A stretch of DNA of 18,937 nt, taken from contig JALVPN010000199.1 in the NCBI GenBank assembly GCA_027031765.1, positions 6,428-25,364 of the forward strand, given 5' to 3'. This DNA is from Promethearchaeota archaeon. Lineage in GTDB: Archaea; Asgardarchaeota; Thorarchaeia; Thorarchaeales; Thorarchaeaceae. Positions 14,928 through 18,937 of this stretch are shown here, one piece after another; position 1 is the stretch's first letter; every line of letters begins with the position of its first letter. A model generated the notes under the pieces. The model did no database searches. It saw only the letters and a program-made list of their open reading frames with translations, and was not told the origin of the DNA. The translations under genes and the position numbers were made by a program.

Positions 14928-17119
14928 ACTACATCACCACTACTATCATCTCTGAGCCTGACCTCGAGGTCTTCGAACAGCCGGCGTGCCATCTCTGCGA
15001 CCCGGGCCATGCCAGTGACGTCAGCGACCCCCGCGATGGAGTAGGTGAGCCAGCGCGAGGTGTCCATCAGCGACACCAGGTCCCTGTATGAGACGCCACT
15101 GTACTCAGCGACCTCGTCCAGCGGCGTCCGCGTGGTCACCGCCATCAGGAGTGCCTGCTGGAGCTGGTCGTCCACACGCTGGCCGGTCTCAAGGGCGACC
15201 ATGTGCCTGAGCAGTGCAACGAGCCCGTCGGCCGAGTCAACCACCGACATGAGTGGCAGCACCTCACGCAGGGTGGTCGGACGCAGGTACAGCCGGCACA
15301 CTGTCCTGCCAAGTGCGGTCGGCCGCAGGGCCCCAGACTCGCCGCCCTCCACAAGCCCCAGCCGGACGAGCATGGACAGGGGGCTCGCCTCACTGAGTGC
15401 CAGCGGGACTACAAAGTCGGCCAGGGCCTGGTGCTCCGTGGCAGCGGCCACCCCGAGGGCCACGAGGTGAGTGCAGAGGATGCCGTCATCAGAGATGGGA
15501 GAGCCGCAGGAACACATGGGCCCGTCGATGACGCCGGCCGGGTCAGTGCGCAGTGAGAAACGACACACATGGCTGCTGCCAGCTGTCGAGTGCACAATCC
15601 CACCGATGACCCGGTCACTCACCTCGCGCACCTCTACGTGCCCGAGCACGCCCTCGCGGGCAGCGGCGAGCGTGGTGGACAGGGCGTGCCTCCCAATGGC
15701 TGCCAGGGCGGTCATGTCGGCAATGCTGAACAGGCGCCCCCGGGCACCGCCGTCCCACCTGCTACAGTGTGCATAGAACGACTCGAGCAGCACACCGTCC
15801 TCCAGGTCCTCCACCGCCGCGCTGCCCAGCCAGTCCAGGAGGACGAGGACCTGCTCTGCGAGGGCGTCGGGGTCGCCGAGGGCGCTCCTCACAGGTGCGA
15901 AGCGTGCGACGAGCACCTCCTCGCCCGTCCGCGGGTCCTGCCGCCGCCCGCCACCCGCACTGATCACACGTGCCGACTCACCACGACTCGATGTGAGGAC
16001 GATGCCAAAGCCCATGCGGTCACGCCCCGGACGTCCGGCCCTGCCAAGCATCTGGTGGACGAGGTTGGGGTCCAGGAGGTCGTCTGGACTGCCCGGCGAG
16101 CGTGCAGAGGTAAGGATGACCGTCCTTGCCGGGAGGTCCATGCCGACAGCGAGTGTGGTCGTCGAGCAGACCACCCGCACGAGGCCACGGGTGAAGAGCT
16201 GTTCCACGAGCGCCCTGGCAGAGGGCGCCAGACCGGCATGGTGGTAGGCCACACCAGATGGGAGGAGGCCGCTCAGGTCAGGGGGTAGCTGCACGCCCCA
16301 GTTCTCAATCGAGGACAGCTGCCCCTGCGACTCGCGCTGCTCCTCCGAGGTCAGGTGGCGCTGTACCTCCGGTGCGAGGGCGGCGGCAGTAGACTCCGCC
16401 TCCCTGCGGCTCTGGGTGAACACAAGCACCTGGCCATCTGCCTGCACAGTGGTCATCACGAGCTCTTGGAGCAGTGCTGCACGCTGACGGGTGGCGAGCA
16501 CGTGACACGAGAGCGGTACGGGGCGTTCGCTGGACTCCACGAGCTCGGCGCCCAGCCAGTCTGCGAGCACTTCTGGTGAGCCCACGGTGGCGGACAGGCC
16601 GATGAGCTGCAGCCCGGGCACGAGTTGGCGGAGGCGCATTATCAGTCCTTCGAGGCGGGCACCACGCACAGGGTCTGACAGCATGTGCACCTCGTCGATG
16701 ACCACCGTGCCGACCGACTCCAGCCATGATGCCCTGTGTCTGAGCAGCGAGTCCGCGCGTTCGTAGGTCGTCACCAGCAGGTCGTACTCGCCGAGCTCCT
16801 CGGGCGTGCGGTAGTAGTCGCCACTGCTCACACCAACACTGATGCCAAGGGGTGCGTACCGTTCGCTGAGGACCGTGGCCACCTGCCGTGCCAGGGCCCG
16901 CAGTGGTGTCAGGTAGAGGCCACGCCGGCCCGACGAGACCGCCCGCAGGAGGGCCATCTCACCGACCATGGTCTTGCCAGAACCAGTGGGGCTGACCACA
17001 AGGACGTTGCGGCCCTCCAGCAGCCCACGTCCGACAGCCTCCTTCTGTATGCCACGGGGACGGAGGCCCGCTCTTGCCAGCAGGTCCTTGACACCAGTTG
17101 TCCGGCACACCTCTGTCAT
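14924..17119 (-). CDS. Ski2/Hel308-like SF2 DExH helicase with an inserted SWIM zinc finger
   Basis: Q motif GIQKEAV, SPTGSGKT, PLRALA, TTYERADSL, DEVH, SAT, YHHAG, STTTLAVGMDLPA and QMLGRAGRPG. Winged-helix and ratchet-like segments (RPTALGRTVCRLYLRP; MDTSRWLTYSI). CSC-x10-CTHLVA at 15467-15514. ATGA overlap with the upstream gene. Confidence 0.93.
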   Translation of the reverse strand: MTEVCRTTGVKDLLARAGLRPRGIQKEAVGRGLLEGRNVLVVSPTGSGKTMVGEMALLRAVSSGRRGLYLTPLRALARQVATVLSERYAPLGISVGVSSGDYYRTPEELGEYDLLVTTYERADSLLRHRASWLESVGTVVIDEVHMLSDPVRGARLEGLIMRLRQLVPGLQLIGLSATVGSPEVLADWLGAELVESSERPVPLSCHVLATRQRAALLQELVMTTVQADGQVLVFTQSRREAESTAAALAPEVQRHLTSEEQRESQGQLSSIENWGVQLPPDLSGLLPSGVAYHHAGLAPSARALVEQLFTRGLVRVVCSTTTLAVGMDLPARTVILTSARSPGSPDDLLDPNLVHQMLGRAGRPGRDRMGFGIVLTSSRGESARVISAGGGRRQDPRTGEEVLVARFAPVRSALGDPDALAEQVLVLLDWLGSAAVEDLEDGVLLESFYAHCSRWDGGARGRLFSIADMTALAAIGRHALSTTLAAAREGVLGHVEVREVSDRVIGGIVHSTAGSSHVCRFSLRTDPAGVIDGPMCSCGSPISDDGILCTHLVALGVAAATEHQALADFVVPLALSEASPLSMLVRLGLVEGGESGALRPTALGRTVCRLYLRPTTLREVLPLMSVVDSADGLVALLRHMVALETGQRVDDQLQQALLMAVTTRTPLDEVAEYSGVSYRDLVSLMDTSRWLTYSIAGVADVTGMARVAEMARRLFEDLEVRLRDDSSGDVV

Positions 17120-18936
17120 GTCCCGACCCCCTGTGAGTCCTCGTACTGCCTCAACGCCATCTCGCCCTTCATTGTGATCCGGTAGTTCTGGTACGACACG
17201 CCACTGTGCACCTCGTGACCACGCAACACCATGCTCGCATGTTCCAGACGCATGAGGACGGCCTGCACGTCAGCACCGGGGTGTCCACTTGCCTGGACGA
17301 ACCGCCTGACAGACTCCTCGGTCAGTGGCGAGTACCTCCGGAGGAGGCGCAGCACCTCGACCGCAACACCCACATCACGGCCAACAGCGGTCTCGAGGAG
17401 CGACTGCGCACCGGGAGCAGGCAGTCCCTCCGGTGGCCGTGCAGGCGCGACCCCTGACAGCCGGCGCCGGAGCTCCTCGTCTGATGGTGCCACCATCTGT
17501 GGACAGTCGTCGAGCCGGACAGGCACAGCGAGCTCCTCACCGCTCCGGGCCAGCAACACCATCCCGTCAGGGAGGACACGCAGGAACGAGGTCTCACGTG
17601 GTGACCAGCGGGCCTTTGTGTGGAGGCCAGTCGTGAGCACTGACAGGCCCAGGGCGCCCGAGACCACACCGAGGTCGTACTTGTTCTTCAGACGCAGGGA
17701 TATGCATGCCGAGAGCTGTTCGATGACGCCGGTCGGCAACGACGATGGCTGTGACACACTGACCACCAAAGGCCCACGACCCATCAGCTGCCTGACACGC
17801 CGCTCGGCCCACGGGGCCCTGTCGCTGAGGCGTGTCCCCTGTACGGTGAGGTCCGAGGGGCCGTCGAGGACAACCACCAGAGCGGGGTCAGCCTCAAGGC
17901 CGAGGAGTTTGAGAGAGAAGAGCTCCCACGCGAACATGTCCAGCATGTCGGAACCCGTCTTCAGGACGACCACAGAGAGCGGGGCGGACACGATGTCTGC
18001 GATGTCCACCGTCTGGTGCCCGTAGAAACACGCGGCGCCCGGGCCCTGGTACAGCGTCCTGATGGCCTCCATGCCACTCGCGGTCGCCCTCGACAGCTGC
18101 TGTGCCTGACCGGGGACGTCACTGTTGGCGTCCGTAGCATCAAGTGTGACGTCAGCGACAGTAGCCGACCCCAGGGCCACAGCCCGGCTCAGGGCGACCT
18201 CAAGGTCGACAGCGGTGGTGAGCGGCATGCCGGCCAACACCTCCAGCGCCCGCTTGAGGCCCGCCACGTACTCCCTGTGTCCCACCCCCTCAGGGTCCAC
18301 CGGGTTCAGGACGAGGTCGCGGCCGAGGACAAGACCGAGGGCAGAGGGGTCGAGGGCTGCAAGTGCAAGCCTGGACTCATCAGATGTGACTACGAGGACG
18401 CGGTTTCCAGCCGACAACAGGCCACTGGTCAGCAGGCCAAGCACATGGAGCCGCTCGTCGGCCGTGCCACCACAGAGCAACACACCGCGCGCCAGTTCTC
18501 CGTGCACGAGTCCTACGGGTGGCCCCTCAGTCAGCGTGTCCGGGCTCACCGAGTAGCCGATGCGGTACTCGTACGGACGGCCCCGGATTGGTGCGACGAA
18601 CTGGCCTGGGACACTGCTCCCGACCTCCGAGGCCAGCTCACTGGCAAGGCGTACGAGCCAGTCCTTGAGCTCCCGGCCGGCAGCAAAGAAGCCCGGCCAC
18701 GAGAGGGGGACATCACAGTCGAGGACGGAGCGCTCGAGGTCGTCTGGGGACACGGCTGTCAGCGTACTGAGGGGCACAGTGGCACGGACAGCGGTCTCGA
18801 AGGCCTGCGCCTCACGGGTGTCCAGGGTGTGGCCCATGACCGCAGCAGTGACCTCCCAGAGACCGCCACGTGCCAGCGAGAAGGCGTCAGCGGCACCGCC
18901 TGTGAGCCGGTAGAGGAACTCCTCCACATCCGGGGC
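17116..18936 (-). CDS. HerA/VirB4/FtsK-superfamily ATPase-like protein with degenerate Walker motifs and a C-terminal winged helix (5' end outside the window)
   Basis: The frame is open to the right edge. GVLLCGGTADERL at the Walker A position, LVLNPVDP, an all-helical insertion, LVVVLDGP at Walker B, VSVSQPSSLP..VIEQLSACISLRL (HerA Q.P motif) and C-terminal VLMRLEHASMV...NYRITMKG. Confidence 0.75.
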   Translation of the reverse strand, partial: APDVEEFLYRLTGGAADAFSLARGGLWEVTAAVMGHTLDTREAQAFETAVRATVPLSTLTAVSPDDLERSVLDCDVPLSWPGFFAAGRELKDWLVRLASELASEVGSSVPGQFVAPIRGRPYEYRIGYSVSPDTLTEGPPVGLVHGELARGVLLCGGTADERLHVLGLLTSGLLSAGNRVLVVTSDESRLALAALDPSALGLVLGRDLVLNPVDPEGVGHREYVAGLKRALEVLAGMPLTTAVDLEVALSRAVALGSATVADVTLDATDANSDVPGQAQQLSRATASGMEAIRTLYQGPGAACFYGHQTVDIADIVSAPLSVVVLKTGSDMLDMFAWELFSLKLLGLEADPALVVVLDGPSDLTVQGTRLSDRAPWAERRVRQLMGRGPLVVSVSQPSSLPTGVIEQLSACISLRLKNKYDLGVVSGALGLSVLTTGLHTKARWSPRETSFLRVLPDGMVLLARSGEELAVPVRLDDCPQMVAPSDEELRRRLSGVAPARPPEGLPAPGAQSLLETAVGRDVGVAVEVLRLLRRYSPLTEESVRRFVQASGHPGADVQAVLMRLEHASMVLRGHEVHSGVSYQNYRITMKGEMALRQYEDSQGVGT

Positions 18937-18937
18937 G

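Overview
GC-rich archaeal chromosomal window with no mobile element, CRISPR array or recognisable RNA gene. The archaeal call rests on Hel308-, RadA/RadB- and FEN1-type proteins, a TATA box and GAGGTG-type Shine-Dalgarno (SD) sites; an Asgard/Thorarchaeia origin is plausible but is only an inference. Left part: a dpp/opp peptide ABC operon (dppB-dppC-dppD, minus strand, dppD cut by the window edge), a small membrane protein, two divergent non-canonical transcarbamylases and a small helical protein. Middle: a ~1016-aa single-pass surface protein with an 8-blade FG-GAP/PQQ-type propeller, nine 48-aa Ca-binding repeats, a TM helix and a TPR-like cytoplasmic tail. Right half (9789-18936, minus strand): a tightly coupled operon of at least 7 genes, in transcription order a degenerate HerA/VirB4-like ATPase with a winged helix, a Hel308/Ski2 helicase with a SWIM zinc finger inserted in its winged-helix domain, a 2-TM protein with an acidic tail, a RadB-like ATPase, a 4-TM protein, a Walker-A-less RadA/Rad51 paralog and a divergent FEN1/XPG nuclease. 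This operon is the best candidate for an undescribed membrane-associated DNA uptake/recombination system, and it parallels the eukaryotic HELQ-RAD51-paralog and Shu (SWIM + RAD51 paralog) modules. All family assignments come from motif recognition by eye; no searches were run.
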